Assembly (NCBI GenBank): GCA_025558095.1
Contig: JAIVFI010000008.1
Coordinates: 124,001-188,000, forward strand
Length of the DNA stretch: 64,000 bases
Direction: 5' to 3'
DNA from: Hyaloraphidium curvatum SAG 235-1
Lineage: Eukaryota; Fungi; Monoblepharomycota
The position numbers and the translations under genes were made by a program. Under the pieces are notes generated by a model. That model was not told where the DNA came from. It made no database searches and worked only from the letters and a program-made list of their open reading frames with translations. Shown piece after piece: positions 37,461 to 49,891 of this stretch (positions within the stretch are counted from its first letter, which is position 1; every line of letters begins with the position of its first letter).

Positions 37461-38438
37461 ATGCCTGCGTTCGGGCACTTTGCCGCCTCCGTGCTCGTGG
37501 ACGGATCCCCCCTCCGGGAGTTTGTCGAGGAGGGCGGGGGAGACTCCACGCTTTTCAACGGATCTCCGTGCCGGACGGCCTTTATCGAGAGCCAGACGGG
37601 CAAGCGGTTCAAGCTCCTCTTTCGCTGCTCCGCGCCCAGGGGAACGTACGAGGGCATGGTCATCATCATCCGCGTCGACGGGCGGAAGCTGAACAACAGC
37701 AAGCTCAAGGACATCCCCGGGGAGATGATCAAGGAGGGATCCATGGAGGGAGACGGAGCCATGGTGGGCCCGTAGCCCCTTTTGATTTTTCACGCGTCTG
37801 CTCATCCCATGCTCGGACAGCGCGCTCGGTACCCGCTCATCTTCAACAACGTCAGCTTAGTCTCCGACATGGACGGCGAAGAGGCGGAGAGGCTTCTGGA
37901 AGAGCAATTGGCCAAGGGCGTCGAGGGCGGCAAGATCATGGTAGAATTCTGGCGCGCCTTCCCGTCGGCAAAGCAGCGCCCCGTCCGCACAAGGGCGCCA
38001 GTGGCTCCTCACCGGACGCGCATTCACGAGAAGGCAAAAAAGGCCTTCCTCACCCACACTACTGGTCGGTGCTCGAAATCGTCGGTCTTGGCCTCGCTGA
38101 CGGTTTCCGCAGGCTACGGCGACCCGATCCTCGCACCGACCTCCCGGAGCTCGAAAACGGAATGGACGAAGCTCGACGACGCCCCTCTTGCCACATTCGT
38201 CTTCGAATACCGCTCGCGCCTCATCCTGGAGACCCTCGGTTTCGATCTGGGTTCGCCCGCGGAGGAGCTGCCGGTGCCGCACGTTCCCTCGGGTCCCCGC
38301 GTGAACGCACCGCCGCCTGGCGTCGCCGCTCCTGCGGTCGCAGCCCCTGCGGCGTTGGTTCCCAAAGTGAAGCCTGATCCCGCGCAGAAGGTCAAGATCG
38401 AGCGCGGCTTGACCATCGACCTCACTCTGGACGATTAG
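37461..38438 (+). CDS. Conserved fungal hypothetical protein (DUF7918-like), 3 exons
   Basis: SVLVDGSPLREF..TAFIESQTGKRF and PLATFVFEYRSRLILETLG resemble a widespread fungal family. Confidence 0.65.
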
Positions 38439-38733
38439 GGCAGGACGCGGGCCCCTTCGACGGATGCACGGTTCGCGGGGCTCATCTTCGGCATGCTGCT
38501 ACACGGGAGGAGGAAGAATGGGGAGAACTTGGCGTGTGGACTTTGACGCTTGACCTCAATGTGGCATTAGTATATCCCGATTGATTGTAGTTGTAGATTT
38601 GTACAGCATCATGCGATTCATTCGTCACGCATCGCCGATATCAGAAATCAATCCTGCTGAGTCTCATCGTGGTCATTCTGGAGAAAGAGAGAACGCATTC
38701 GAGGCCGTGCTCACTCAGGGCCGAGTTCCCCCT

Positions 38734-39030
38734 TCACTCCTCAATTCTGACGTATCCCTCCTCGCCCGCCACCTTCTCCGCCCCCACATCCTCCACCAGC
38801 TTCCTCCCCGAGTCCGTCCGGCCGACCACCTTGGCCCCCTTCTCCTCGGCCTCCTGCTCCGCCTTGGCCCGCTTCACCTCCTCCTCCGGCACGTCCACGC
38901 GGGCGACGGTGATCGCTCCGTCGCCCGGGACCGATGCCGAGACGCCCGGGAGCCTCGGTTTGGCGAGCGAGGGGTCGGAAGGGGGGGAGGGCGAGGTGGA
39001 GGGGGCGGAGGAGCTCCTGTCGGAGGACAT
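38734..39030 (-). CDS. Small hydrophilic hypothetical protein (~98 aa)
   Basis: ATG at 39030, strongly GC3-biased codons, E/K-rich. Confidence 0.55.
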   Translation of the reverse strand: MSSDRSSSAPSTSPSPPSDPSLAKPRLPGVSASVPGDGAITVARVDVPEEEVKRAKAEQEAEEKGAKVVGRTDSGRKLVEDVGAEKVAGEEGYVRIEE

Positions 39031-39357
39031 GGCGATGCGGCACGGTGGAGCGCGAGGGCGGGTTGCCGGCCGCGGAGGTGGAAGTGGGAGGTGTTTTGAG
39101 TGCGTTCCGAGCGTTTTTGGGTGTCTTTGAGACCGCTGGAGGCCGGAAGGACTACTAGTGTCGCGCTTTGTCCCGGCCGAAAAGCCTCCACAGCCGCTGC
39201 CGAAGTTGCCGCTCTTGCACGGCCCAAATGAACGCTGCTCTCGATCAACGAGGAGGAAGAGAAGAAGAGCAGAAGAAAGATGTAATCTAAATGTCCTGCA
39301 CCATGATTGTCTCAAGATGTGCTCTAGATCCCGTCCACCCTCCGCATCACACGTCAA

Positions 39358-40285
39358 TCACCCCGTCCCCGCGACGCCCTCGAGCCCGTTGGTCTCCACC
39401 GCCAGCGACACCGCCTCGTTCACGCCCAGCCTGAATCCTCCCGCGAGCTCGGTGTAGTCCCCTGCGAGCAGAAGTGAGCGATTGGTCCCGGGGGGACGAG
39501 AGCGCGGCGTACCGGGCCAGATGAACCTGTCGACAGGGACCACGAACCCGTTGCCGGTCCTCACGGCCTCCCCAATCACCCTAGCCGAATTCACCCTCGA
39601 AGGCTCCGTCGTTGCGTTGATCCTTTCGGGTGCGCGTCAGCCACATCCCCCGCGATCAGCTGCTCGGAACACCCACTCCGCCCCCGTGAGCGTCGGAAGC
39701 CCCCTCCCTGCCTCCCAGGTAGCAGGCGGGAACGACCCGTTGGCGACGTGGTACGCGGACACGAGCCTCCAGAAAGGAGCGCTGTATGGTTCCTGCAAGA
39801 CGGCTATCCGCGGGACGGAGTCGAAGAACGCGGCCAGTGCTGCCGGAAAGGTGACTCAGCGCCCAATTCTCCCCGGCCGCGGTCAGAGGGAGCATACCTT
39901 CGTCCATGGGGGCAAAAACGGTGAATTCCTGCGCCGCCGGTTGTTCGGCCTGCCTCCTTTCGAGTGCGGGGAGGCGCGGGAAGCCCCGCCGCGAGACGCC
40001 GCCCCCGCCGATGGGGCGCCCCGGTGCCTCGGGGGTGACCTGGGTTCCGGGAGGGAGGCCGGCAAGGAGGGGCCATAGATCCTGCGAGTATGTTTGGTGA
40101 GCATCGGAGGGAACGGAGTGGGGAGGGGGCCGCACGTCCTGCTTGGAGATGACGCTCAGGAAGACGAAGAAGGAGCCGTTGTTCTGGAGGTAGTCGAGGC
40201 ACGTCGGCGCCACGTCCTGGGCTGACGCGGCGGCAACGAAAGAAAGGAGCAGGGCCAGACCGGCGAGGGGGCGGAGGGGGGCCAT
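39358..40285 (-). CDS. Secreted fasciclin (FAS1) domain protein, multi-exon
   Basis: Signal peptide MAPLRPLAGLALLLSFVAAASA, FAS1 H1 FTVFAPMDE.AF, YHV motif, and H2 NGFVVPVDRFI. Confidence 0.8.
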
Positions 40286-41036
40286 TGCCGCGGTCGTTTG
40301 TTTGGAAGTTGCTGCTGAGGCGTCGGGCAAGGGTGCCGCATGACTGTGCTCGTCGGCTCGGAACCGGAACCGGTTTCGGACGCGAGCACGTGAATCACGC
40401 AACGGAAATCGATTCGTTGGCGAGGATCGAAGTATGTTTGACTTTCTTCCAACATCTTGCCACCGTCCCCATTCATCTCCCCCCACCCGGGCCCCAGGGA
40501 TGCAGCCCGATACCCCGCCGCATTCTCCCGGGCGGTCCGCTGCACCTCCGTTGCGGAATCGCTCCGGGAAAGACGGGTTCGTTGCATCCCTGTCCCCTTT
40601 TCCTGTCGAAGGATCGAGGGACGGAGTCCTCGGATCCCTGCCCTTGCGTACCGGCATCGCCGCGGTTCGCACCCATTCAGGACACCAAGCAGGTCGATTG
40701 GACGGAGATCGAGGGCTAGAGATGAACCAGAGCCCATTCGGCCCGGATTCTGGGCGCCGCGGTCGTGGGGCGGGACCCCAGTCGGTGCTGAGTCAGCCAG
40801 CAACTTTCGAGCGCCGTTCCTCCTGCGGTGCTGATAGGAACCGGGGTTGGGCACGCCATGTGACTCCGAGAGCCACACCGGTGCACCATCATGGATCCAG
40901 GCTCGCGCCGACGGGGTTTGCGCGAGTTAGCGCGGATCGAGCCCTCTTTGAGGGACGCTTGCGGCTGCGCGTCATCGAGCTTCGCCTCCTCTCCCTGCAA
41001 ACCACGCACAGAACACTTTTCCCATACCAACTTACG

Positions 41037-44000
41037 ATGACAGCGGACGATCCCGTGCCGCGGGCGCGCCGGCCGACGCCGCCGTCCGCGGGCGCGGAGC
41101 CGCCCGCTTGGGTGCCGCCGCCGCGGCCGCCCGCGGTGTCGGACGCCCACCTCGACGAGGGCCCTCTGCCGGTCGACGCCGAGATGGCGCCGCGGCCGCG
41201 GCGCCGCAGCGAGAGGGCGAGGAGGGCGGCGGGGCCGGCGGAGGGGCCGGCGGAGGGGACGGAGGGGCCGCCCGCGCAACCCGCGCCCCGCAAGAAGAGG
41301 AAGCGGCGGGCGGCCGAGCAGCCGGCCGCCGCCCCGCCGTCCTTTGCCGACCTCGCGCGCGCCTCGTTCGCCTCGATCCGCGGCCGCACGCGCGCGCACT
41401 ACCCGCTCGGCGGCACGGACGCCGCCGCCGCGGGCCTCGAACCGCTGTCGCGCCAGCGCTCCGTCATGTCGATGGCGCTGGGCGACCTGATGGCCCGCGT
41501 GGGCCTGCAGAGCCTGTCCAACTCGCTGGCCGGGCAGCTGGCCGCCGCCTCCCCCGCGGAGGCGCAGCCCGAGATGGTGCAGGTGCGCCTTGGACGCACC
41601 TCGCCGGCCCCCTTCTACCCGCTGGACCCCTCGCCGGCCGACGTCGCAGCCGCCAGCGCTGCCGTGGCGGACCTGCAGGCGCAGCAGCGTGCCGCACACG
41701 CCCACAAGAAGCACAGGAAGCACCGGAGGCACCACAATGCGGAAGGCGACGAGCACGCCGACGGCCCCGCTGACCCCGCGGACCCCGAGCTGGGCTACCC
41801 GCAGTACGAGGACTACGCGCACCCGCATCACCACCACCACGGGCACCGCAAAACCCGCGGCGCGCCCGCGGACTCCGCCGTGCCCGAGTTCGAGTACGCC
41901 GCGGTCGACTTTGCCGCCCTGGACCCCGAGCTGCGCTTCGCCTCGCCGCTGCCGCCCCCCGACCCCGAGCCGGACGAGCCGGCGCCCATGTTCCTTCCGA
42001 TTCCGTCGCCGCCGACCCCCAGCGGCATCCCCGAGTGGCTCGCCCCGCTCTTTCCCCCGGTCACGGCGCTCCCGGCCTTTCTTCAATTGCGCCACCCCAC
42101 CCTGGGCATGAACGTCGGCGCGCGCGCCTGGATCCTCACCCTGGTCGCCCTCTGGGTGATCCTCAGCTACCTCCCCTTCTTTCCCCCCTCGGGCAGCGCC
42201 ACCGCGTTTTCCGCCGACGCCGCCAACCACACCCTGGCCTTTGACCACGCCGGCACCGACATCTACAACGTCTCCACCTTTGCCGGCTACTCGCACTTCC
42301 GCAACATCGGCCTGCTCAACACCAACACGGGCCAGTCCTCCTTCCTCCCCGCCTGGTCCGAGTTCGTTTCCTCGGGCGCCAACGGCACCCGCAACGACAC
42401 CCCCGCCGACGCCTGCGCTGCGTTCCTGGGCTCTCGGGGTTGGGTGCTCCCCGGGTACACCGTGACGGGGATCCCGGACTTTAGCGTGACCAACGACACC
42501 TCGACCGTCGTCGTCACCTGGAACGGGCCGATGGCGGGCAGGGCTGTTCCCCGCTGGAACGGCGGGCCGGCGCTGCACTCGGCGTTCGAGTACCTCGACC
42601 GCGCCATCAACAACCTGACCTCCTCCCCCATGACCTTCGGCCAACCCTCCCGCTCCGCCTCGATCCTCCGCTCCGCACCCGGCCGCATGTACTCCAAGGA
42701 TTCGGACCCCATCCTTGCTTGGGACGACAAGTCCACGCAGGACGTGGTGGACGGCGAGACGGGGGACTACGTGAACCCCAAGACGGGGCTGCGGACAGTG
42801 GTCGCGGCGGGGCTGAGGTGGACGGCGGTCAGGGTGAAGGCGACAGGGACGGAAGGGGGCAAGGCGGCGGTGTTTGTCGCGGGGATGGACACACGTGGGC
42901 ATTTTGTCGCACCGCACATTGCTTTGCAGCGTGGGCTGACCCATCCTGTCCCCGCAGCGCCCAACGACCCCCCGCCAAACACCCTCTCCACCCCCCCGGC
43001 CCTCCTCCTCGCCCTCCTGCGGCACCTCCTCAACCCCACGTCCCCCGCCCTGCCGTACGACATCCTCCTCCTCTGGACCTCGGGCACCTCCGCCCCGACG
43101 CAGCACTACACCCTCTCCGCACCCACCAGCGCATGGTACGCTGACTCGGGCATGACGGGCCTGCTGATGCAGCCCGGGTTCCGGGACTTCACCACCTCGG
43201 AGATGTGGAAGTCCGCCGCCCCCGCCGCCGTCGTGTGGCTCGGCCCCGTGGGCCCGGGCGCGCTCGAGGTCGACTACGCGGCCGAGATGCGCGGGTCGTG
43301 GCAGCCCTCGGGCGACGGGAGCGGGCGGCAGGTCTGGGAGCGCACGCGCCGCCTCCAGGGCGTTCCCAGGTGGGGCGCGGGGAGCAGCATCGGGCGGCAC
43401 CTGCGGATGCGGAGCAACGTGACCTGGAACGCGCCGTTCCTGGGGCCGCTTTGGGACGCCGGGTTCGACGCGCTCTCCGCGAGGAGCATGGACGCCGGGG
43501 AGGGGGAGAGGACGAGGTTCGTGCACGCGTACACGCGCGGGGCGATCGACTCGGCGGACTGGGGGGCCAGGCCGACGCATGCGGGGTTGGAGGCGGTGGG
43601 GGGTTGGTTGCGCGGGATCGCGGCGGATCCGGGGCAGCTCGAGGCCGACGCCGCTTACGGCCTTGATCACGCGGGGACCAACTACTACCCGCTCGCATCG
43701 GGCATGGCTTCCTATTCCCTCGCCGGCGCGTGGGCGTTCGCGGGCATCGACATGGTGCTCGCCACGCTGGCGCTCGCGTTCGCGTTCTGGCGGCGGTACG
43801 CCACCGAGGAGGGCAGCGGGTGGGGGACCGAGCTCGGCGCGTGGTGCTGGGCCTCGGCGCTGTGGGTGATCGGTGTGGGGGTTGTGGGGACCGCGGTGCC
43901 GGTGGGGGTGTGGTGGATCGCGAGCTTTTCGAGCACGTGGGTTGCGCCGTCTGGGATGCGTGCGTGCCAAGGCTGACTCGGTTCGTTGCGTGCAGATCGC

Positions 44001-46230
44001 TGAGGCTGTACCAGACCCTGGGCATCCCCGGGTACATCCCCTCGCCCTCGCTGCCGCTGCTCGCCGCGGCCATCACGCTGGCCTGGTCCGCCGTGTCGAC
44101 GGGCGAGTCGACGATCGCGGCGCTGCACACCTCGGCCATGTTCCTGCTCGCCTGCCTCAACATCGCGGGGACGGCCATGATCCCCGAAAGCAACTGGTTC
44201 CTCTCCTTCACCGTGCTCTTCGGCGTGCTGATCGGGTGCCCGCTCGAGTTCTGGTGCGAGGAGTACTCGCGGTGGCTCGTGAGGGAGGAAGACGGGCGGC
44301 ACTACTCGCGCCAGCTGGCCGAGTGGGAGCGCTGGTCGGCCGAGCGGCTGCGGGAGGACAAGGAGCGCGAGGCGGCGGCGGTGCCCGAGTGGCTCGCGGC
44401 GCGGAGGGAGAGCGCGCGCAACGGGGAAGGGGTGGGGGTGCCGGAGTGGAGCGCGGCGGGGCAGTCCGCCGGGGCGGTGCTTTCGGACCTCGTGGACGAG
44501 CTGCTGGCCGAGGCGGGGGGGTACTACGACGCCGAACAGCCGGAAGGGCACGGCTCGCAGGACAGGCTGCATTCGGCTTCCGACGACGCCGAGGCGGTGG
44601 ACGAGGAGGACGAGGAGTACGTCGAGTACTCGCCCGTCGAGATCGCCAACGCCGAGGTCTACCGGCTCTTCTACACCCCGCACCTCTACCACCTCCCCAC
44701 GACGCTCTTCCTGCTCGTGCGCACGGCCTTTTTGCCGTTCCTCGCCCTGGCGCCCATCTGGGCCGCCGTGACGGCCGTCGAGACGACGACCAACCCGATG
44801 AACTCGTGGTCGCTGGCCGTCGGCGGCGTGCCATGGATCGCCGTGGCGCCCTCGGCCGCGGCTGCGATCGCGGTTGCTGCCGTGGTGCCGCTGTGGGCGC
44901 TCTGGAGCGAAAACAGGGTCACGGGGCGGGGCGTGGAAAAGGACTGGGCCTGGCTGCGGTGGCTTCCTTGCATCGCCTTCTTCTTTGCCTTCCTCGGGTG
45001 CTTCCTGGCCGGCCTACTCGGCGCATCCAAGTTCGTGGACGGCAACGGGGCCTACCCCGTGCCGACGACGATCGGCTACCTCATGGACTCGTCGCTGCCC
45101 TTCGGCACCGCCAGCGCGACCATGTTCTTCAGCATGGACGAGGCCGTCTACACGCCCTTTACGGCGCAGTTCATGCAGTTCCCGATCGCACCCGAGTCGT
45201 TCCACCTGGTGCAGACCTCGCCTTACCTCGACTACGGGCGCGGCATGCTCGGATTGCGGGTCAAGGGCCGGCAGACGCTGCAGGCCAACGCGCCGCTGTG
45301 GAGCTTGACAACGCCCAGTGTCGGGGTAGTCTCGGACCTCTATGCGGACAACAACACCGACACCACGAAGCGCAACCTCACCCTGCTCATCGGCGGCCCG
45401 CGCGGCTCGGTGCACTGGAGCGTGCAGATCACCGCGCCCGCCAACGTCGTGGGCCTGCAGGTTTGGGACCACAAAGTGGACCTGTCGCGCCCGCCGCAGC
45501 GGTTCGTGACCAGCGGCGCCGGCGGGGCAGGCAGTGCGGCCTTCAGCAGGTTCCACCTGGACTGCATACCCTGCCCGCCCGACGGCCTGCAGGTGTCGAT
45601 GATCCTGTCGTCGACTGCGGGCAACACGACCGTGCGGATGTCCGAGACGGGATGGGGCTTGCCGTGGAAGGATTCGAGCATGGCGTTCCCGCCCTTCCCC
45701 TGGGAGGACAGGTCGGCCAAGGAGATGATGGGCGGCCTCTGGGGCATGTCCGATCCCACGGTGGGCATCCGCACGCGGCGTGGAGTGGCAACGCAACCAA
45801 CTAACTTGTCGTCTTCCTTCAGGTCGTGTTTGCTCAGGCGATCGTCGTCAGCAAGGTCAACAGCTCGGGCTTCGAGTTTGTCGCGCCCGAGCAGGTCAAC
45901 TCCCAGGTGGTCACCACGGCCGCACGGACTACGACGGCGTGGTTCACGGGAACGAGCATCTACACCGGCTCGACGAGGACGGGAACCATCACCTACTCGG
46001 GAACGGGAACGGCGGCCAAGTCCACGGGAACGCTGGCCGTGGAGTTCGAAGGCGAGACCATCGTGGCGACCGAGACCTCCGCCACGACGACGGCGAGGCG
46101 CACGAGGACGCCCGCAACGACGACGCTGGCGACGGGGGCGAGGACCGCGTCGGGCACGACGACCAGGGCGGTAAGGCGGGAGGCAGTGACCGCCGTCGCG
46201 ACGCCGAGCGCGGGCGGTGGATGGTGGTGA
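41037..46230 (+). CDS. Large multi-pass membrane protein, ERMP1/Pff1 (M28)-like architecture, probably catalytically inactive
   Basis: Disordered N-terminus, one TM, a sequon-rich luminal domain with a degenerate M28 pattern, several TM helices and a luminal C-terminal domain. Exon blocks 41037-~43955, ~43996-~45770 and ~45823-46230. Confidence 0.6.
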
Positions 46231-46352
46231 GGCAGTAAGGGGGGGGGGCAAAGATGAAGAAGGAAATGTGTGCTTTGTCAAATCTGAACACTGATCATTC
46301 TGCTCTGCAAGATGTTTTCCACTGCAAGATGCTCTTCTCCTTCGTCTCGCAC

Positions 46353-46910
46353 TCAAGGTCCTTTGGTGTGCATCTCCTCCCCGATCTCGCCACCGGTCTT
46401 GCCCTGATTGTTGTTCGCCCTGATGTTCTCGGGGGACCCGAGCACGTTGGTGTACTCCACGTGGCCGAGAGCCGCGGTAGCCCTCTCGAGCATTTCCGGC
46501 GGCGGCCTGACGCTGCCGGGCTCTCCGGGAGGGCTCGGCTCGGGGAGGTCCTCCTTCGCCGTCAGGATCTTCGACTTGCCGAGCTCGATGGCCGGCATTC
46601 CTCCTGGAGTGTCTACAGTAGCGGCATGCCATTCTTTGTCATCCGTCCTAGCGTAGGCGTCGGCTCGCTTCTGGCCGGGCGAGATGCCTTCGGCCCAAAT
46701 GTTGGGATCGGCCGGATCGCCGACGAGCGCGCCCGATTCCGGTCCCAGCGCGTCGTCTTCCTCCTTCGTGCCCATGGGGTCCAGCGTGTGCGTCCCCGGC
46801 GCAGCGTGCGGCTTGTGCGACGCCGCAGAGGCCGAGGACGCAAAGGCTTTGCGAGCGCCGCTGCTCGCACTCGGCAGCCGGTGAGCAGCGAGGGTGAGGA
46901 CGCGCAGCAT
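46353..46910 (-). CDS. Hypothetical hydrophilic protein with mitochondrial-type presequence
   Basis: MLRVLTLAAHRLPSASSGARKAFASS is Arg/Ser/Ala-rich with no acidic residues, followed by an acidic Pro/Gly-rich body. Confidence 0.6.
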   Translation of the reverse strand: MLRVLTLAAHRLPSASSGARKAFASSASAASHKPHAAPGTHTLDPMGTKEEDDALGPESGALVGDPADPNIWAEGISPGQKRADAYARTDDKEWHAATVDTPGGMPAIELGKSKILTAKEDLPEPSPPGEPGSVRPPPEMLERATAALGHVEYTNVLGSPENIRANNNQGKTGGEIGEEMHTKGP

Positions 46911-47141
46911 TGTGTCTCGTTTGACCGATGACGTGGTTGGCTGCGTGATCGTCCGCCGCCAACCTTGCTCGACGTCGGGCAAAAGAACAGGACATAACTG
47001 GTAGGCAAGTGGCTGCAAGCGATTCGCATTGTGAGCTCAACAGCTTCTCCAGCTCCGGATCGATTGGCCCAAGTCGGGCCTCGTGATGAGGCGGCAAAAC
47101 GTCGGGCCGCCGCCCATTCAATTGGCCCACTCCACGCGGCC

Positions 47142-47927
47142 ATGGAGACCGTTCCGGACGCGTCTGGCCTTTTCTCCCTCCGTGGAAAGCGCGCACTCGT
47201 CACCGGTGCTTCGTCGGGCCTCGGCCATCGCGCGGCGCTCGTGTTTGCCAAGGCTGGCGCATCCGTCGTCGCCGCCGCCCGCCGAAAGGACCGGCTCGCG
47301 GACTTGGTCCGCCAGATCACGGAAGCCGGCGGTCAAGCGCTCGCCGTAGAGTGTGATGTGCGCTCTCCGGCCTCCGTCACGGCTTTGTTTGACGAAATCG
47401 AGCAAACCGGACCCGTCGCGGATGTCGTGTTGAACTGCGCCGGAATTGCAACGTCGGCACCCTTTCTCGCCCAAGGCGAGGCCGAATGGGACTCAGTGGT
47501 CGGCACCAACCTCACCGCTGCGTGGCGCGTCGCCCGTGAGTCTGCGGCTAGGCTCGTCAAGGCCGCGAAACCCGGCACAATCATAAACATGGTGTCGGTT
47601 ACCGGAATCCGCGCTCAGGGACACGTTGCGCCTTATGCTGCAGCGAAAGCCGGGTTAGATCAGCTTTCTCGGGTCATGGCTCTGGAGTTGGCCCGTTACA
47701 ACATCCGCACGAACTCATTGGCGCCTGGCTACTTCTCGACGGAGCTCAACTCGGACCACCTGAAATCCAAGGGCGGTGAGCAGATGCGGATGAAGGTGCC
47801 TATGCGGCGGTTCGGCAAGGAAGGGGAGCTCGACGGGGCGATGTTGCTGCTAGCGTCGGACGCGGGTTCCTACATCAACGGCTCGACGATCGTCGTAGAC
47901 GGAGGTCACCTCCAAAGCTCGCTCTAA
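47142..47927 (+). CDS. Classical short-chain dehydrogenase/reductase (FabG/KduD-like), intronless
   Basis: TGASSGLG, NCAG, YAAAK and NSLAPG motifs, C-terminal VVDGG. Confidence 0.92.
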   Translation: METVPDASGLFSLRGKRALVTGASSGLGHRAALVFAKAGASVVAAARRKDRLADLVRQITEAGGQALAVECDVRSPASVTALFDEIEQTGPVADVVLNCAGIATSAPFLAQGEAEWDSVVGTNLTAAWRVARESAARLVKAAKPGTIINMVSVTGIRAQGHVAPYAAAKAGLDQLSRVMALELARYNIRTNSLAPGYFSTELNSDHLKSKGGEQMRMKVPMRRFGKEGELDGAMLLLASDAGSYINGSTIVVDGGHLQSSL

Positions 47928-48502
47928 AAAGAAGGGGGGGGGGGGGAGAAAAGGGGGAGAGGGAAAAGGGGGCGGACTCCGGTCGGTCTGGAACAAAAGA
48001 GGACACAGTCCAATGACGCCTATAACCTCATTAGCAACTCGGAGAGAGAGCGCTGGGTCCACCGGTCCCAAGCGGCCGGAAAACCCACGGATCTGCATGT
48101 GGGGGAGCGCCGAGTCTTGGGCATCTACCGCGACCAAAACGGAACATACAGTTGAGAAACACGGTGCACGTCGAGGACATAGAGATGACTTTCTTCGTGG
48201 CCGACGGCCTGGTAAGCGGGCCGCCATGACACATCGCAGCGGGTTCAAAGGGACCCGTTGAATTTCAAGGATCGTCGGGTGGTGACGTCTGGCTGTGCGA
48301 CACGCGGCCACCCCTGGCGCGGGGGAGGTTTGGCCCGGAAGACGTCCGGAGTGCCTGCTTGAGTGGCGGGGAGAGGTCCTGGGCCGTTTTTTCGGTTCTG
48401 GAGCGCGATTGGTCGGTCAAGTGACCGTGACTTATCGGGTCCCCAGGCGGGAGGCGGAGGACGCCGACCCACCCAATTCGCCCCGCCGGGCCAGACATGC
48501 CC

Positions 48503-49774
48503 ATGGCAACCTCTGCAATTGCACCCGGCCTGCCGTCGGCGTCGGAGCCGTGGGGCACGCCATTGGAGCCCTTCTTCCGGGGCCGCAAAGAAGACTACGT
48601 GAAGCTCTCGACTTTGGGGTACGGCTCGCAGGCGACCGTGCGCCTCGGCCGCCACCGACCGACCGGCAAGCTGGTTGCCGTGAAAACCATCGACAAGAAG
48701 GACTGTCCTCTCTCTCTCTCCTGTTCGCCGGGGTCGCCCGTGGACAAGGCCACTGTCGAGGCCGTTACCGCAGCCGACAACGTTATCAACGAGGCCCGAA
48801 TCCTCGGTTGCGACGCCGCGGGGCACCCCAATATTCCACATCTCTACGACTTTTTCGAATCGGAGAACAGGTATTACGTCGTCCTGGAGTACTGTCAGGG
48901 AGTGGTGGGTTCACCGCAAGGCTCTCGCCTTGTGCCTGAGCTCTATCTCACTGTGGCCCCAGGACCTGGAAACCTTCCTGGGCGAGCATCCCGACGGCCT
49001 CTCGGAAACGCAAGCAATCCCCATCATCACCACCCTTCTGTATACCATCGCCTACCTGCATTCCAAGGGCATCGTGCACCGAGACCTGAAGCCGGCGAAC
49101 ATCATCCTCCGAGACGCGGCCCACGATCCGGGCAACCTCGCCCTCATCGACTTTGGCTCCGCATTCACCGTCGGCCGCAAACAGCCCCGCTTCGCATCTC
49201 TAGGCATTCCGGCAGTGCCCAGCACCATGGAGGCGCTCAGGACAATCTGTGAGTTCTCGACGCTGCCTCGACACGATCCAGCTCACCGCGTCTACCCGCA
49301 GGCGGAACACCTTTCTACATCGCCCCGGAACTTGTGCGGGGAGTCGAGTACACCGCCAAGGTCGACGTCTGGGGCCTGGGCTGCCTGGCCTACACCCTGC
49401 TGTGCGGCGTGTCGCCCTTCCACGACGCCGGCTCGTTCGACGTCCTGTACAAGCGCATCCTGCATGCGGACTTTGGTTTCCCGGAGCATTGCCACGTCTC
49501 GAGCGAGGCGCAGAGCTTCATCCGTTACCTGCTCAACCCGGACCCGCATGCGAGGCCGACTGCAGGGCAGGCCTTGGCGCACGTTTGGGTCTCGCCGCAC
49601 GAATTCGTGAGGTCGTCGAGCTTCGTTCGTCGGAGGCGGAGCGGGGTGCAGGTTGAGTTTTCGGACGGCTCCCTGCGTTGCAGCTCCGAAGCACCGAAGG
49701 CGTCGTCATCCTTGCCGCGAAGGATGTTCAGCTTCATGGTCGGTGGCCACGATCACAGCGAAAGGCGGCATTGA
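48503..49774 (+). CDS. Ser/Thr protein kinase, CAMK-like, 3 exons
   Basis: LGYGSQATV, VAVK, HRDLKPAN, DFG, CGTPFYIAPE (spliced) and DVWGLG. Confidence 0.92.
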
Positions 49775-49891
49775 TGGAGTTGTGCGGCCGCGGATTGGAT
49801 GTACAGGCGTTGGCTTCATTTCGTTTGTTCTTCTTTCGTTGGTGTACAATGCGCTGCAATTGGTGTCGTGAAGTTTGATTCGAAAGGCATC

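Noticed and set aside
40716-43970. Very long antisense/overlapping ORFs (e.g. 40716-43970 minus, 16921-19302 plus, 29038-30675 minus, 22674-23804 plus)
   Set aside because: Shadow ORFs expected opposite GC3-rich coding sequence; Arg/Gly/Pro-rich with no motifs.
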